Assembly: GCA_035995545.1 (NCBI GenBank)
Contig: DASYKI010000012.1
Span: 48,914 to 112,913 of the forward strand
DNA from: Candidatus Dormiibacterota bacterium
GTDB taxonomy: Bacteria; Chloroflexota; Dormibacteria; Aeolococcales; Aeolococcaceae
Reading direction: 5' to 3'
DNA: 64,000 nucleotides
Shown here one piece after another: positions 1-11,899 of this stretch; the stretch's first letter is position 1, and each line of letters starts with the position of its first letter. Below the pieces are notes generated by a model. It saw only the letters and a program-made list of their open reading frames with translations, did not search any database and was not told the DNA's origin. Both the position numbers and the translations under genes were made by a program.

Positions 1-80
1 CCCAGGGTGGTCAGCACCGAGCGCAGGCGATGGCCGAGGATGCCGCGCAGGCCGGTCTCCAGGGTGCGCAGCGGGCTCAC
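1..80 (-). CDS. ABC transporter permease (FtsX/MacB-type), N-terminal fragment running off the window edge
   Basis: Reverse-strand translation reads [27 protein letters not shown], a typical FtsX/MacB permease N-terminus. A GTG start at 80 overlaps the upstream ATPase stop by 4 nt. Confidence 0.5.
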   Translation of the reverse strand, partial: MSPLRTLETGLRGILGHRLRSVLTTL

Positions 81-759
81 ACCATCACCCCCTCGCGGAG
101 GTGGCCGTCGCTCATCTCGAGGACGCGGCGCGCCGCCGCGGCGACGTCGTGCTCGTGGGTGATCATCACGATGGTGCGGCCCATCCGGTTGACCTCGGTG
201 AGCAGCGCCAGCACGTCGCGGCTCGACGCCGAGTCGAGGTTGCCGGTGGGCTCGTCGGCGAGGATCAGGTCGGGGTTGGTGACCAGGGCGCGGGCGATGG
301 CGACGCGCTGCTGCTGGCCACCGGAGAGCTGGTTGGGGCGGTGGCCGACGCGGTTGGCCAGCCCCACCGACTCCAGCGCCTGCATGGCCGACGCGCGGCG
401 ATCCCGGGCGCTGCGGTAGAGCAGCGGCAGCTCGACGTTGCGCCACGCCGGCATCGAGGAGAGCAGGTGGAACTGCTGGAAGACGAAGCCGATGCGACGG
501 TTGCGCACGTGCGCAAGCTCGCGCTCGGTCATCTTGGCGACGTCCTGGCCGCCGAAGAGGTAGGCGCCGGTGCTGGGGACGTCGAGGCAGCCGAGGATGT
601 TCATCAGCGTCGACTTGCCCGAGCCCGAGGGACCCATGACGGCGACGAACTCCCCTTCGCCGACCGAGAACGACACGTCGTCGAGCGCGGTCACCTGGGC
701 GTCGCCGCTGCCGTAGACCTTGGACACCCCGTCGAGGCGGAGGACCTCCCGGCTCACGG
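77..759 (-). CDS. ABC transporter ATP-binding protein (MacB/LolD/FtsE-like)
   Basis: Walker [10 protein letters not shown], signature [15 protein letters not shown], Walker [12 protein letters not shown] and H-loop ITHE are all present. The preferred start is GTG at 759 (protein begins [16 protein letters not shown]); the ORF-track Met at 844 would overlap the adaptor gene by 80 nt. Confidence 0.85.
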
Positions 760-764
760 CGCGA

Positions 765-2318
765 TCAGCCTCCGGCACCGGTGCCCCCGGTCCTGCCGCG
801 ACCGGCACCGCCGGCCCCGCCCGCGCCGCCGGCGCCGCCGCCACCGAGCAGGCCGCCGCCGGTGTTGTTGCTGGTGGTGGTGGGCACGGTGCTCGACACC
901 GTGGCGACGACGATCTGCTCGCCCTCGGTGAGGCCGGTGAGGATCTGGGTGCGCAGCGGGTCGGTGGCGCCCACGGTGACGGCTCGCGTCTGGGGCACGC
1001 CGGCGACCAGCACCTGCACGGCGCTGCCGCCGCGCACCGCGCTGGTGGGCACGGTGAGCACCTGCACCACCTGGTTGACGATGACGCTGATCGACGCCGA
1101 GGAGCCCGCGTGCAGCGCCGGCTGGGTGCCGTCGAGGGTGACCGTCACCGAGAAGGTGGCCACGCCGGAGGTGATCGTGGCCACGGGGGAGACGGAGGTC
1201 ACCTTGCCGGTCACCGCCTGGGTGGCCCCCGCCGGCAGCACTCGCGCGCGCTGGCCGACGGCCATCTGCCCGACCTGGGCGTCGGTCACCGTGCCGCTGA
1301 CCTGGAAGGCGCCGGGGGTGAGCACCACGATGGCGTGGGTGCCGGTGGTGCCGGTGCTGCCCGACGAGGTCGCCGAGCTGCCCGACGGGCCGCCGGTGCT
1401 GCTCACCGTCTGCCCGGCGACGATGTTGACCTCGGCGACGATGCCGGCGATGGGAGCCACCAGGGTCGACTGGTCGACGGCCCGCTGGGCGGTGTCGGCG
1501 GTGACCTGGGCCACCTGCACGCCCGCGCTGTCCATCTGCAGCTGGGTCGAGGTGGACCCGGTCTGCAGCGCGGACAGCGCCGACCTGGCGTTGCTCAGCT
1601 GCACGGTGGCGGTGGCCACCTGGCCCTGCGCCTGGTCGTTGCTCTGCTGCGCCTTCACCTGCGTGTTGGCCAGCGCGCTCTGCGCGGCGGTCAGGCTGCC
1701 CTGGTCCTTGGCCAGCGTCTGCTTGTCAGTGGCGACCTTCTGGTTGTCGGGCGGATTGGCCTGCTGGTCGGCGGAGAGCACCGTGGCGTCGGCGGTGACC
1801 AGGTTCGAGGCGCTGGCCACCGTGCTCTGCGCCTGGACCACCGACTGCTGGTTGATCGCCACTGTGTCGGTCAGGCTGGTCTGCGCGTTGCTCAGCGACA
1901 CCTCCGACGAGGCCACCTGCGACTGCGCCGAGGCCAGCGACTGGGCGGTCGGTCCACCCTGGTCCTGGGTCAGCTTGGCCTGCGCCGAGGCGAGGTTGGC
2001 CTGCGCCTGGGCGAGTGTGGCGGCCAGCGACGTGGTGTCGATCGAGGCCAGGTTCTGCCCAGCGGTGACCATGCTGCCCACGCTCACCGACACCGAGCTC
2101 ACCCTGCCGGCACCGCCGAAGTCGAGCCCGACCGAGTTGGTCGGCGTCAGGTTGCCCGACAGAGAGAGCGTTTGGGTGACCGTGCCCAGGGTCGCCGCGG
2201 CGGTGCGGTACTGGGTGGTCGAGGTGTCGCGCCGGGCGTACACGATGCCACCCGTGGCGATCAGGGCGGCGATCAGGCCGGCCGGGATGACAAAGCGTCG
2301 GCGGAGGATGCGCGTCAT
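765..2318 (-). CDS. HlyD-family periplasmic adaptor (membrane fusion protein) of the ABC exporter
   Basis: N-terminal TM helix, a long Q/A/S/T-rich coiled-coil, C-terminal beta-barrel-like region and a Gly/Ala-rich tail. Gene order adaptor-ATPase-permease on one strand. Confidence 0.7.
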   Translation of the reverse strand: MTRILRRRFVIPAGLIAALIATGGIVYARRDTSTTQYRTAAATLGTVTQTLSLSGNLTPTNSVGLDFGGAGRVSSVSVSVGSMVTAGQNLASIDTTSLAATLAQAQANLASAQAKLTQDQGGPTAQSLASAQSQVASSEVSLSNAQTSLTDTVAINQQSVVQAQSTVASASNLVTADATVLSADQQANPPDNQKVATDKQTLAKDQGSLTAAQSALANTQVKAQQSNDQAQGQVATATVQLSNARSALSALQTGSTSTQLQMDSAGVQVAQVTADTAQRAVDQSTLVAPIAGIVAEVNIVAGQTVSSTGGPSGSSATSSGSTGTTGTHAIVVLTPGAFQVSGTVTDAQVGQMAVGQRARVLPAGATQAVTGKVTSVSPVATITSGVATFSVTVTLDGTQPALHAGSSASISVIVNQVVQVLTVPTSAVRGGSAVQVLVAGVPQTRAVTVGATDPLRTQILTGLTEGEQIVVATVSSTVPTTTSNNTGGGLLGGGGAGGAGGAGGAGRGRTGGTGAGG

Positions 2319-2414
2319 TGGTCGCGCATCGTCACCCAGGTCGGCTTACGGGAAGATGACGATCAGGACCGCCCGGTGACGCCGCTCACAGGGCACGCCG
2401 CCGGCCGGCTGGGA

Positions 2415-3809
<1,395 letters not shown>

Positions 3810-3917
3810 CTACATCTTGCCCTACCCAGTCCCTGGAGCGCTGAGAAGAGCCTGAGACGGGGCGGGCGCCCGTGCCTCGGGAGCGCCCACCCCGCCCTGC
3901 TCAGGTTCGGCTGGAGC

Positions 3918-4658
3918 TCAGCTCGGGGAGCCCAGCCCGATGCTGCCGCTGATCGCCGCGGTGGTCACCCCTGTGCTGGCGCAGAGGGTGGGGTCGGGCG
4001 GCTGGAAGGTCAGCGTGCCCAAGGCGCTGTCGCCCGCATTGCGGGTGGTGCTCACCGTCCGGGTCGACGGCGGCGGCGCCTGGGTGGGGCCGGTGTAGCC
4101 CGCCAGGGTGAGCGTCGTGCTCGGCACCACGCTGCCGGACAGGGACACTCCCGCGGCCACGCCGGTGGTGGTGTAGCTGACCACCGTGGCGGTCCCGTCG
4201 GCCCAGTTGGCGATCGAGGTGCCGCTGGTGGTGCTGGAGCCGCAGCTGCCGCTGCCCGTCGGCACGGGCTCCTGGTAGACGGCGCTGGAGGTCCCGGTGT
4301 GGGTCACCCCGGCGGTGTCGACGTAGCTCCAGCTGTAGCTGACGGTGACCGTCTTGCCGGCCTCCACCGTGCCCGAGGTGGGCGCGGTCGAGTCCGAGCT
4401 CTGGCAGCCGCTCAGCGCACCCCCGAAGGAGTAGCTGAAGCTCTGCGCGGTGGTGCTGAGCCCCGGTGCGAAGGTGGCCGTTCCCGCCAGCTGGCACAGC
4501 CCTCCACCGGTGGCCGCGACCGCGGGACGGGGAACCGCAAGTCCCCCCAGGGTGATTGCCCCCACTGCTCCCGCCACGACGACCAGACGGCGAACGGACA
4601 CACGACTACCTCCTTCCATTGGTGCACGGCGACGCACGGCGATGCGCCTGTAGGGCAC
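3918..4658 (-). CDS. Secreted hypothetical protein (signal peptide; Ser/Thr/Gly-rich)
   Basis: N-terminal RR-hydrophobic-AVAA signal-peptide-like segment followed by a low-complexity S/T/G-rich body. No recognisable catalytic motif. Confidence 0.45.
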   Translation of the reverse strand: MPYRRIAVRRRAPMEGGSRVSVRRLVVVAGAVGAITLGGLAVPRPAVAATGGGLCQLAGTATFAPGLSTTAQSFSYSFGGALSGCQSSDSTAPTSGTVEAGKTVTVSYSWSYVDTAGVTHTGTSSAVYQEPVPTGSGSCGSSTTSGTSIANWADGTATVVSYTTTGVAAGVSLSGSVVPSTTLTLAGYTGPTQAPPPSTRTVSTTRNAGDSALGTLTFQPPDPTLCASTGVTTAAISGSIGLGSPS

Positions 4659-4690
4659 TTCTACTGAGGTGGTACCCGCGCGGTCAAACG

Positions 4691-5548
4691 CTACAACGCG
4701 GCGGAATCGACCGAAGGCGTCGCCGACGTCAGGAACTCACGCACGGTCCGCTGGAACTTCTCCGGTTCCTCCAGCTGCGGAGAATGTCCGGATTGCTCGA
4801 AGACGACCAGCTGCGCGCCCGGGATCAGCCCGGCAATCTCCTCGGACGCGGGCACCGGGGTGATCCAGTCGTCGCGCCCCACCGTGACTAGTGTCGGGCA
4901 GGTGATCGACGGCAGCCGGTCGCGGATGTCGTAGTGCGGCATGTTGCGCGCGAACGCCCAGTTGTGCGCCTGGTGGTGGTACACGGTGCCGCGCAGGCGT
5001 GCCTCCACCTTCTCGGGAGTCACGTCGTGGTCGTAGAGGGGCACGATCATCCGCCAGCCGGCCTCGAGGTCGGCGTCGTCGCGGCAGTGCCCGCTCATCA
5101 TCCGCTCGTACAGCTCCATGTCGAGCTGCACCCGGCCGCTGGCGAGCGCGTTGCGCCGCGCCGCCTCCTCGAATGCGTTGCTGGCCGCGGTGTCGCGCAG
5201 CACCAGCGCCTGCACCCGGTCGGGATGGGCGATGGCGTACTCCATGCCGACGAAACCGCCGTACGACCCGCCGGCCATGACGATGCGCTCGGCGCCGATC
5301 CACTCGCGCAGCGCGTCGACGTCGGCGACGTACTGCTCGTGGCTGAACGGCGGCGTCAGGCCGGAGGCGCCACTGCCACGCGCGTCGAAGATGACGACGC
5401 GCCACCGGTCGGCGAACGGGCCGAACGAGGTGCGCGGCTCGGCGCGCGATCCCAGGCCCGGCGCGCCGTGATGCACGATCATCACCGGTGCGCCGTCGGG
5501 GCCGAGCACCTCGACCTCCAGGGCATTGCCGTTGATGTCAACTCTCAC
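4691..5548 (-). CDS. Alpha/beta hydrolase (proline iminopeptidase/epoxide-hydrolase-like)
   Basis: HGAPG near the N-terminus, nucleophile elbow GGSYGG, and a C-terminal SGHSP motif. Confidence 0.75.
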   Translation of the reverse strand: MRVDINGNALEVEVLGPDGAPVMIVHHGAPGLGSRAEPRTSFGPFADRWRVVIFDARGSGASGLTPPFSHEQYVADVDALREWIGAERIVMAGGSYGGFVGMEYAIAHPDRVQALVLRDTAASNAFEEAARRNALASGRVQLDMELYERMMSGHCRDDADLEAGWRMIVPLYDHDVTPEKVEARLRGTVYHHQAHNWAFARNMPHYDIRDRLPSITCPTLVTVGRDDWITPVPASEEIAGLIPGAQLVVFEQSGHSPQLEEPEKFQRTVREFLTSATPSVDSAAL

Positions 5549-5600
5549 CAGATCTCTCAGGTAGCGAGCGATTCTGCCGGCGCGGTGGCGGGCTCGGCGT

Positions 5601-6056
5601 CTACAGCGGCGTGATGCGGAAGACGGGGTGCTCGGGGGCGATGCGGCGCAGCTCCTCGTCGGAGGCGCCGGCGTCGACGCCGCCGAAGAAGGCGCCGGTC
5701 TCGGCCTTCCAGCGCCGCAGGTACTCGCGGATCAGCGGCACCTTCTCGTCGTCGGGCAGCTCCTCGGCGCGGAAGCGCTCGACGCGCCTGCCGAGCCGCA
5801 GCTCGCCCTCGCCGGCGGCGCGCAGGTTGCGCACCCACTGGGTGTTCCCTCGCGGCGCCACCAGGTACTTCTGGCCGCCGATCTCCAGCAGGTTGACCGG
5901 CGTGGTGCGCATCTCGCCCGAGGTCCGCCCCCTCACGGCCAGGACGCGCGACCCCTTCATGCTCAGCCCCGCCCTGGTCAGCCCTTCGACGATGGGGTTC
6001 AGGATGTGCTTGGTGGCCCAGCCGGGCGGGTGGTGGTAGGTGCCCACGCTGTCCAT
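5601..6056 (-). CDS. Deazaflavin (F420)-dependent nitroreductase family protein (DUF385/Ddn-like)
   Basis: RTSGEMRTTPVNLLEIGGQKYLVAPRG...WVRNL matches the Ddn/PNPOx-like DUF385 signature. Start taken at the internal Met (MDSVGTYHH). Confidence 0.7.
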   Translation of the reverse strand: MDSVGTYHHPPGWATKHILNPIVEGLTRAGLSMKGSRVLAVRGRTSGEMRTTPVNLLEIGGQKYLVAPRGNTQWVRNLRAAGEGELRLGRRVERFRAEELPDDEKVPLIREYLRRWKAETGAFFGGVDAGASDEELRRIAPEHPVFRITPL

Positions 6057-6175
6057 TCTGGCTGTGCCGACCCCGCGAATGCCGCGGGTGGTGGCCTGGT
6101 CCTTGCTGCGCGGCGCCCGCGGACGTACGCTCGGCGTCAACGGTTCGGAGCTGAGGCGGCCAAGGAGGGCTTCCC

Positions 6176-6568
6176 ATGCGCGTCGCGGATGCCATGTCCA
6201 AGGAGGTGCTCCTCGTCGGCACCAACCACACCCTGCGCGAGGCCTGCGCCCTCATGGTGGGACGGAACGTCGGCGCCGCCGTGGTCATGGAGGACGACAT
6301 GCCCGGCCCCGGCATCGTCACCGAGCGCGACGTCCTCCGCGCCGTCGCCCGCGGCGCCGACCCCGAGTCCACCACCGTCGCCGACCTCATGACCTTCGAG
6401 GCCCGCACCGCCTCGGTGTCCTGGGACGTCGACGCGGCCGCCGAGGAGATGCTCCGCCGTGGCTTCCGCCACCTCGTCGTCGTCGACGACGGCGGCCACC
6501 TCGCCGGCATCCTCTCGATGCGCGACGTCGTCCGCGCCCGCCTCGGCGAACGCCTCCCGGCCACCTGA
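6176..6568 (+). CDS. CBS domain pair protein
   Basis: Two CBS-like repeats (VVMEDD...GIVTERDVLRAV and HLVVVDDGGHLAGILSMRDVVRA). Confidence 0.7.
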   Translation: MRVADAMSKEVLLVGTNHTLREACALMVGRNVGAAVVMEDDMPGPGIVTERDVLRAVARGADPESTTVADLMTFEARTASVSWDVDAAAEEMLRRGFRHLVVVDDGGHLAGILSMRDVVRARLGERLPAT

Positions 6569-6608
6569 GTCCCCCTGGGGGGCCGGGCCATGGGGCGGGT
6601 TGCCGGAG

Positions 6609-9600
6609 GTGCCAGGCCGGTGTGTCATCCTCGCGGCCGTGCACACCTCCCCTGAGCTGACCCGGGCGCGGGCCCGGCGGCTCATCGATGCGTATTTGCG
6701 TCCTGCGGTGCACGGGCCGTGCGTGGCTCTCGACGTCGGTGCCCTGCACGTGCACGGGGAGCCGATCGGGATTGCGCAGGCGCGTGAGGGGGCATACGTG
6801 CCGTTTGCGGTGGGGGAGGCGTGGGGCGCGGCGTGGGATACGACCTGGTTCCGGTTGCGCGGGGCGGTGCCCCGCGAGTGGGCCGGACAGGAGGTGGTGG
6901 CGCGCGTCGGGCTGGGCTTCAAGGGACAGACGGGATTTGGCGCCGAGGGGCTGCTGTGGCGCGGCGACGAGCCGGTCCAGGGCATCTCGCCGGATCACGA
7001 CACGGTGATGGTGGCGCGGGCGGCACGCGGCCGTGAGGAGGTCGACCTGCTCGTCGAGGCGGCGGCGAACCCGGCGATCGACCAGCGCGCGGAATCGTGG
7101 CCGCTGCTCATGCCCGATCCCGGCGGGACGCCGCTGCTGGTGCTGCGACGTGCGGAACTCTGCGTTGTGCATCGCGATGTCGAGGCGCTGGTGCGCGACA
7201 TGGAGCTGGTGCTCGACATGATCCGCGTGCTGGAGCCGAAGCGGGCGCGCACCGGCGCGTTGACCGAGGCGCTGCGCCGAGCCTGCCAGCTGGTGGACCC
7301 CGAGGACCTGCGCGAGAGCGCCGCGGCCGCGCGCGCGCCACTGGACGACGCATTGCGGACGTCTGGGGCGCCGCGCCGGCATCGCATCGTCGCCCAGGGA
7401 CACGCGCACATCGACACGGCGTGGCTGTGGCCGGTGCGCGAGACGCGGCGCAAGTGCGCGCGGTCGTTCAGCACCGTGCTGGCGCTGATGGACGAGGACC
7501 CCGAGTTCCGCTTCGCCGCGTCGCAGATGCTCCACTACGCGTGGATGCGCGACCACTACCCCTCGCTGTACGCGCGGATTCGCGAGCGTGTCGCGCAGGG
7601 GCGATGGGAGGTGGCCGGCGGGATGTGGGTGGAGTCCGACTGCAACGTGGCCTCCGCCGAGTCGCTGGTGCGCCAGGTGCTGCACGGCATGCTCTTCGCC
7701 ATCGAGGAACTGCACGTGCAGCCCAGGGTGGGCTGGCTGCCCGACACCTTCGGCTTCCCCGGGACGCTGCCGCAGATCCTCGCCGAAGCCGGCATGCAGT
7801 CGTTCATGACCCAGAAGATCTCCTGGAACGACACCAATGCCTTTCCCCACAGCAGCTTCTGGTGGGAGGGCATCGACGGCAGCCGCGTGCTCACCCACAT
7901 GCCGCCGGTGGCGACGTACAACGGCGACGCCAGCCCCGGCGAGGTGCTGCGCAGCGAGATCGACTTCCGCGACCAGGGCGTGTCGTCGCGGTCGCTGTAC
8001 CTGTTCGGGCTCGGCGACGGTGGGGGAGGGCCGACGCGCGAGATGCTCGACAGCCTGCACCGACTGCACGACGTCGACGGTCTGCCCCTCGTCGATCAGG
8101 GCACCACCGGGGACTTCTTCGCGCACGTTGCGCGCGAGGACGGCGAGCGCCTGGCGACGTGGTCGGGTGAGCTCTACCTGGAGCGGCACCGCGGCGTGCT
8201 CACCTCGCAGGCGCGCATCAAGCGCGACAACCGGCTGGCCGAGCGACTGCTGCGCGAGGCGGAGACGTGGAGCGCACTGCGGCCGGATGGACTGTCCGGC
8301 TACCCCGCGGTGCAGCTCGACGAGGCGTGGAAGCTCACCCTGCTGCACCAGTTCCACGACATCCTGCCGGGCAGCAGCATCCACTTGGTGTACGAGGAGG
8401 CGGCGCGGGACCACGCTCACGTCCACGCCGTCGCCCACCAGGCGATCGACTCCGCGCTGCACGCCATCGCCGAGAGTGTCGACACCAGCGACATGGTCGA
8501 TCCCGCGGTGGTGTTCAACGCTGCCACCGCAGCGCGCACCGAGGTCGTCGACGTCGAGGGGACGCCGCGCATGGTGACGGTGCCGGGCCTCGGCTACGCG
8601 GCGGTGGAACGCGCAGCGCCGCCTGCCGACCAGCACGTGCAGGTCACCGAGCACAGCATGGAGAACGAGCTGCTGCGCGTCACCTGGGACGAGCGCGGGC
8701 TGCTCACCGGCGTGCACGACAAGCAGGCGCGGCGCGAGGTGCTGCAGGACGGCCGGCGTGGCAACGTGCTGCAGCTCTTCCGCGACCATCCCACCGAGTA
8801 CGACGCCTGGGAGATCGACGCCGACGACCTGCGCGCGTACGAGGAGCTGACCGCCTGCGAGAGCATCGAGGTGGTCGAGCGGCATCCACTGCGTGCGGCG
8901 GTGCGGGTGGTGCGCCGCCACGGCGCGTCGACGTACACGCAGACGATGGTGCTGCGGGCGGGGTCGCGCCGCATCGACGTGCACACCGTCGTCGACTGGC
9001 AGGAGACGCATCGACTGCTCAAGGTGGCGTTCCCGGTGGACGTGCGCGCTGCGCAGGCGAGCTACGACGCCGGCTTCGGACACCACCGGCGCCCGACGCA
9101 CGAGAACACCAGCTGGGATGCCGCGCAGTTCGAGGTGCCGGCGCATCGCTTTGCCGACCTCAGCGAGGAGGGGTACGGGGTCGCGCTGCTCAACGACTCA
9201 CGCCACGGGTACGACGTGCGCGGTGGGGTTCTGCGGCTCACGCTGCTGCGGGCTCCCACCGCGCCCGACCCGCAGGCCGACCGCGGACGTCACGAGTTCA
9301 CCTATGCGCTGCTGCCCCATCCCGGCGGGCTGGTGCAGGGTGGCGTCGTCGACGAGGCGGAGCGGATGGACCTGCCGGTGCGCGCCGTGGCGGCGAGCGT
9401 GCGCAGTGGGGAGCTGCCGCCGTCGGCGTCGCTGCTGCGCGTCGAGAGTCAGGGCGGGGCGCATGTTGCGGTCACTGCTGTCAAGAAGGCGGAACGCGGC
9501 GAGGCGCTGGTGGTTCGCCTCTGCGAGGTTGGTGGGGGACAGGGGCATGCACTCGTGGCACCGCGTGGCACCGTGAAGCCGGCGCAGCGCTGCGACCTTC

Positions 9601-9701
9601 TGGAGCGCCCCGATGGCAGGCGAGTGGAGCACGTCGAGGACGGGGTGCGAGTCGAACTGGCACCGTTCAAGCTGGCCACGCTGCGCTTCGACTCGCGCTG
9701 A
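6609..9701 (+). CDS. Alpha-mannosidase, glycoside hydrolase family 38
   Basis: GHAHIDTAWLWPVRETRRKCARSFSTVLALMDEDPEFRF and downstream GGMWVESDCN, LPDTFGF and HQFHDILPGSS blocks typical of GH38. About 1030 aa. GTG start assumed at 6609; no signal peptide. Confidence 0.8.
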   Translation: MPGRCVILAAVHTSPELTRARARRLIDAYLRPAVHGPCVALDVGALHVHGEPIGIAQAREGAYVPFAVGEAWGAAWDTTWFRLRGAVPREWAGQEVVARVGLGFKGQTGFGAEGLLWRGDEPVQGISPDHDTVMVARAARGREEVDLLVEAAANPAIDQRAESWPLLMPDPGGTPLLVLRRAELCVVHRDVEALVRDMELVLDMIRVLEPKRARTGALTEALRRACQLVDPEDLRESAAAARAPLDDALRTSGAPRRHRIVAQGHAHIDTAWLWPVRETRRKCARSFSTVLALMDEDPEFRFAASQMLHYAWMRDHYPSLYARIRERVAQGRWEVAGGMWVESDCNVASAESLVRQVLHGMLFAIEELHVQPRVGWLPDTFGFPGTLPQILAEAGMQSFMTQKISWNDTNAFPHSSFWWEGIDGSRVLTHMPPVATYNGDASPGEVLRSEIDFRDQGVSSRSLYLFGLGDGGGGPTREMLDSLHRLHDVDGLPLVDQGTTGDFFAHVAREDGERLATWSGELYLERHRGVLTSQARIKRDNRLAERLLREAETWSALRPDGLSGYPAVQLDEAWKLTLLHQFHDILPGSSIHLVYEEAARDHAHVHAVAHQAIDSALHAIAESVDTSDMVDPAVVFNAATAARTEVVDVEGTPRMVTVPGLGYAAVERAAPPADQHVQVTEHSMENELLRVTWDERGLLTGVHDKQARREVLQDGRRGNVLQLFRDHPTEYDAWEIDADDLRAYEELTACESIEVVERHPLRAAVRVVRRHGASTYTQTMVLRAGSRRIDVHTVVDWQETHRLLKVAFPVDVRAAQASYDAGFGHHRRPTHENTSWDAAQFEVPAHRFADLSEEGYGVALLNDSRHGYDVRGGVLRLTLLRAPTAPDPQADRGRHEFTYALLPHPGGLVQGGVVDEAERMDLPVRAVAASVRSGELPPSASLLRVESQGGAHVAVTAVKKAERGEALVVRLCEVGGGQGHALVAPRGTVKPAQRCDLLERPDGRRVEHVEDGVRVELAPFKLATLRFDSR

Positions 9702-10063
9702 CCCCTGCCACGGGGAGGTCCACGCGCGGGGCGGCCCGGGCTCCGGGTGCCTGCCACACCGAATCCCGGTCGGCCGGATCGACGTCCGAGGGATCCTCTG
9801 CCGCACCACCGCAGCGGTGCGCCCTCGCCGCCACCGTCGACCTGTCAGCCTGCCGCTTCCGCGCTGGACCCAAGGCCCGCACCGGGCGCTGCGATTGCCC
9901 GGCCCCGCCACTGTGGGGCCGGCGTTCACGCACCTGAAGGGCCCAAGGGCCCGAACAACCCAGGGACTTTGGTCACGATCTGCGGTTGACCGGGGACCCC
10001 GGCGGCCACAGAATGGGCGCGCAGCCTGTCGAATCCGTCAGCTACAGAGGGTGCCCAGCACCG

Positions 10064-11731
10064 ATGCCCTCGCACTCCTCCCGACGCGACCAAGCTCCCG
10101 AGGCCGAGCCGGACCGCCGTCCGTACAGCGCCGAGCCGGCCTTGGTCGTCCCCCTGCTCGGCGAGGCCGCGGGCGTGCTCGGCCGTCCCTCCGAGGAGGT
10201 GGGCGAGCCCCGCCTGCGCGGCCTGGTCGACGCCCTGCCCGACGGCCTGGTCATCGCCGACGACGAAGGACGCATCGTCTATGCCAACCGGCAGCTCGAG
10301 GAGATGTCCGGCTACTCCGCCGCCGAGCTGCGCGGCATGCACATCGAGGCGCTGGTCCCCGAGCGCATGCGGCCGCTGCACGAGCGCCACCGCGGGCGCT
10401 ACCTCTCGCAGCCAAGCCTGCGTCCCATGGGCGCGGGCCTGCAGATCGTGCTGCTCCGCAAGGACGGTGGCGAGATCCCCGTCGACATCAGCCTCAGCCC
10501 CCTGGACACACCCGGCACCCGCGTCGTCCTGGCCGCGGTGCGCGACGTCACCGACCGCCGCGAGGCCGAGGAGCGACTGCGCCACAGCGAGGAGGGCTTC
10601 CGCCAGGTCTCGGCGCGGCTGGAGGCGATCAACGACGTCGCCCGGGCCATCCTGGAGAGCCGCGAGCCGGTCGACGTGCTGCAGATCGTGGCCACCCGCG
10701 GCCGCCGCCTCGTCGAGGCCGACTCGGGGATGATCATCACCCCCGCCGAGCCGGGCTCCCTGATGGTCCGCGTCACCGACGGCGAGGCCGCCGCCCACCT
10801 CAACGGCGCGGTGATCCCCGCCGACCAGAGCCTGGCGGGCGAGGCGATGCGCAGCCGCCGGCCGCTGGTGGTCGAGGACGTGGCCACCAGCAGCCCGGCG
10901 CCGCCGGAGATCGCCGGCACGGTGCCGCTGGGCGCGGGACTGTTCGTCCCCCTGGCCACCGACGAGCGGCTCTACGGCATCCTCGTCGCCGCCAACCGCC
11001 GCGGCGGCGCGCCCTTCAGCGACGAGGACCTGCGCTCGCTGGAGCTGTTCGCCGCCCAGGCCTCGATCGCCCTGGAGCACGGCCGCATCCGCGGCGAGCT
11101 GCAGCGCCTGGCCATCGTCGAGGACCGCGAGCGCATCGCCCGCGAGCTGCACGACGGCAGCGTCCAGGCCCTGTTCGCGGTCGGCCTCGGGCTGCTCAGC
11201 GTCGAGCCGCTGGCCGCCGAGGACCCGGTGCGCGGACGCATTCACGAGGCGGTGGACAGCATCGACAAGGTCATCGCCGACCTGCGCCGCTACATCTTCG
11301 GGCTGCGTCCCCAGGCGGTCGGGCTGGAGACGCTGGGACACGCCGTGGAGACCCTGGCCCTGGAGTTCCAGGCGCGCACCGGGGTGGTCACCGCCGTCGA
11401 CGTCGACCACCGGCTCGACCGGCACGATGCGCGCACCGGCGAGGTCATCCAGGTGGCCCGCGAGGCGCTCAGCAACGTGGCCCGGCACGCCGCCGCCACC
11501 ACCTGCCGGGTCTCGCTGCGCTGGGAGTCCGCCGGCGCCGTGCTGGAGATCGACGACGACGGGCGCGGCTTCGACCAGGGCACCGTCCCCGGGCACGGCT
11601 ACGGGCTCGACAACCTGCGCGAGCGGGCCAAGGCGATCGGCGGCAGCCTGGACATCACCACCCAGCCGGGGCAGGGCACGACCATCCGCCTTGGCTTCCC
11701 CGCGGACCTCGAGGAAGCCCTGACCCACTGA
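10064..11731 (+). CDS. Cytoplasmic sensor histidine kinase, PAS-GAF-HisKA_3-HATPase_c
   Basis: PAS-like region (GLVIADDEGRIVYANRQLEEMSGY), a GAF-like middle, NarL-type dimerisation/H-box (IARELHDGSVQALFAV) and ATPase blocks (ALSNVARHA, DDDGRGF, GHGYGLDNLRERA). No TM segments. Confidence 0.75.
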   Translation: MPSHSSRRDQAPEAEPDRRPYSAEPALVVPLLGEAAGVLGRPSEEVGEPRLRGLVDALPDGLVIADDEGRIVYANRQLEEMSGYSAAELRGMHIEALVPERMRPLHERHRGRYLSQPSLRPMGAGLQIVLLRKDGGEIPVDISLSPLDTPGTRVVLAAVRDVTDRREAEERLRHSEEGFRQVSARLEAINDVARAILESREPVDVLQIVATRGRRLVEADSGMIITPAEPGSLMVRVTDGEAAAHLNGAVIPADQSLAGEAMRSRRPLVVEDVATSSPAPPEIAGTVPLGAGLFVPLATDERLYGILVAANRRGGAPFSDEDLRSLELFAAQASIALEHGRIRGELQRLAIVEDRERIARELHDGSVQALFAVGLGLLSVEPLAAEDPVRGRIHEAVDSIDKVIADLRRYIFGLRPQAVGLETLGHAVETLALEFQARTGVVTAVDVDHRLDRHDARTGEVIQVAREALSNVARHAAATTCRVSLRWESAGAVLEIDDDGRGFDQGTVPGHGYGLDNLRERAKAIGGSLDITTQPGQGTTIRLGFPADLEEALTH

Positions 11732-11899
11732 CCTGTGGACTGTGACGCGAATGGCGTTTTTGTCAGGTCCCGGTGCGTGTCACACAACCGGCGACGATCG
11801 CTAACAACTGTTGACCCGTTCGGGGTGTCGGGCGCCGGTACCCCCGGGAGACGATGGCGACGTCCCGCGATCCCCCGCAAGGAATCGGTGTTGTCCCAG

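Noticed and set aside
6387-9146. 919-aa minus-strand ORF
   Set aside because: Lies entirely antisense to the GH38 alpha-mannosidase, which has clear family motifs. Arg/Pro/Gly-rich, no motifs. GC-bias artefact.
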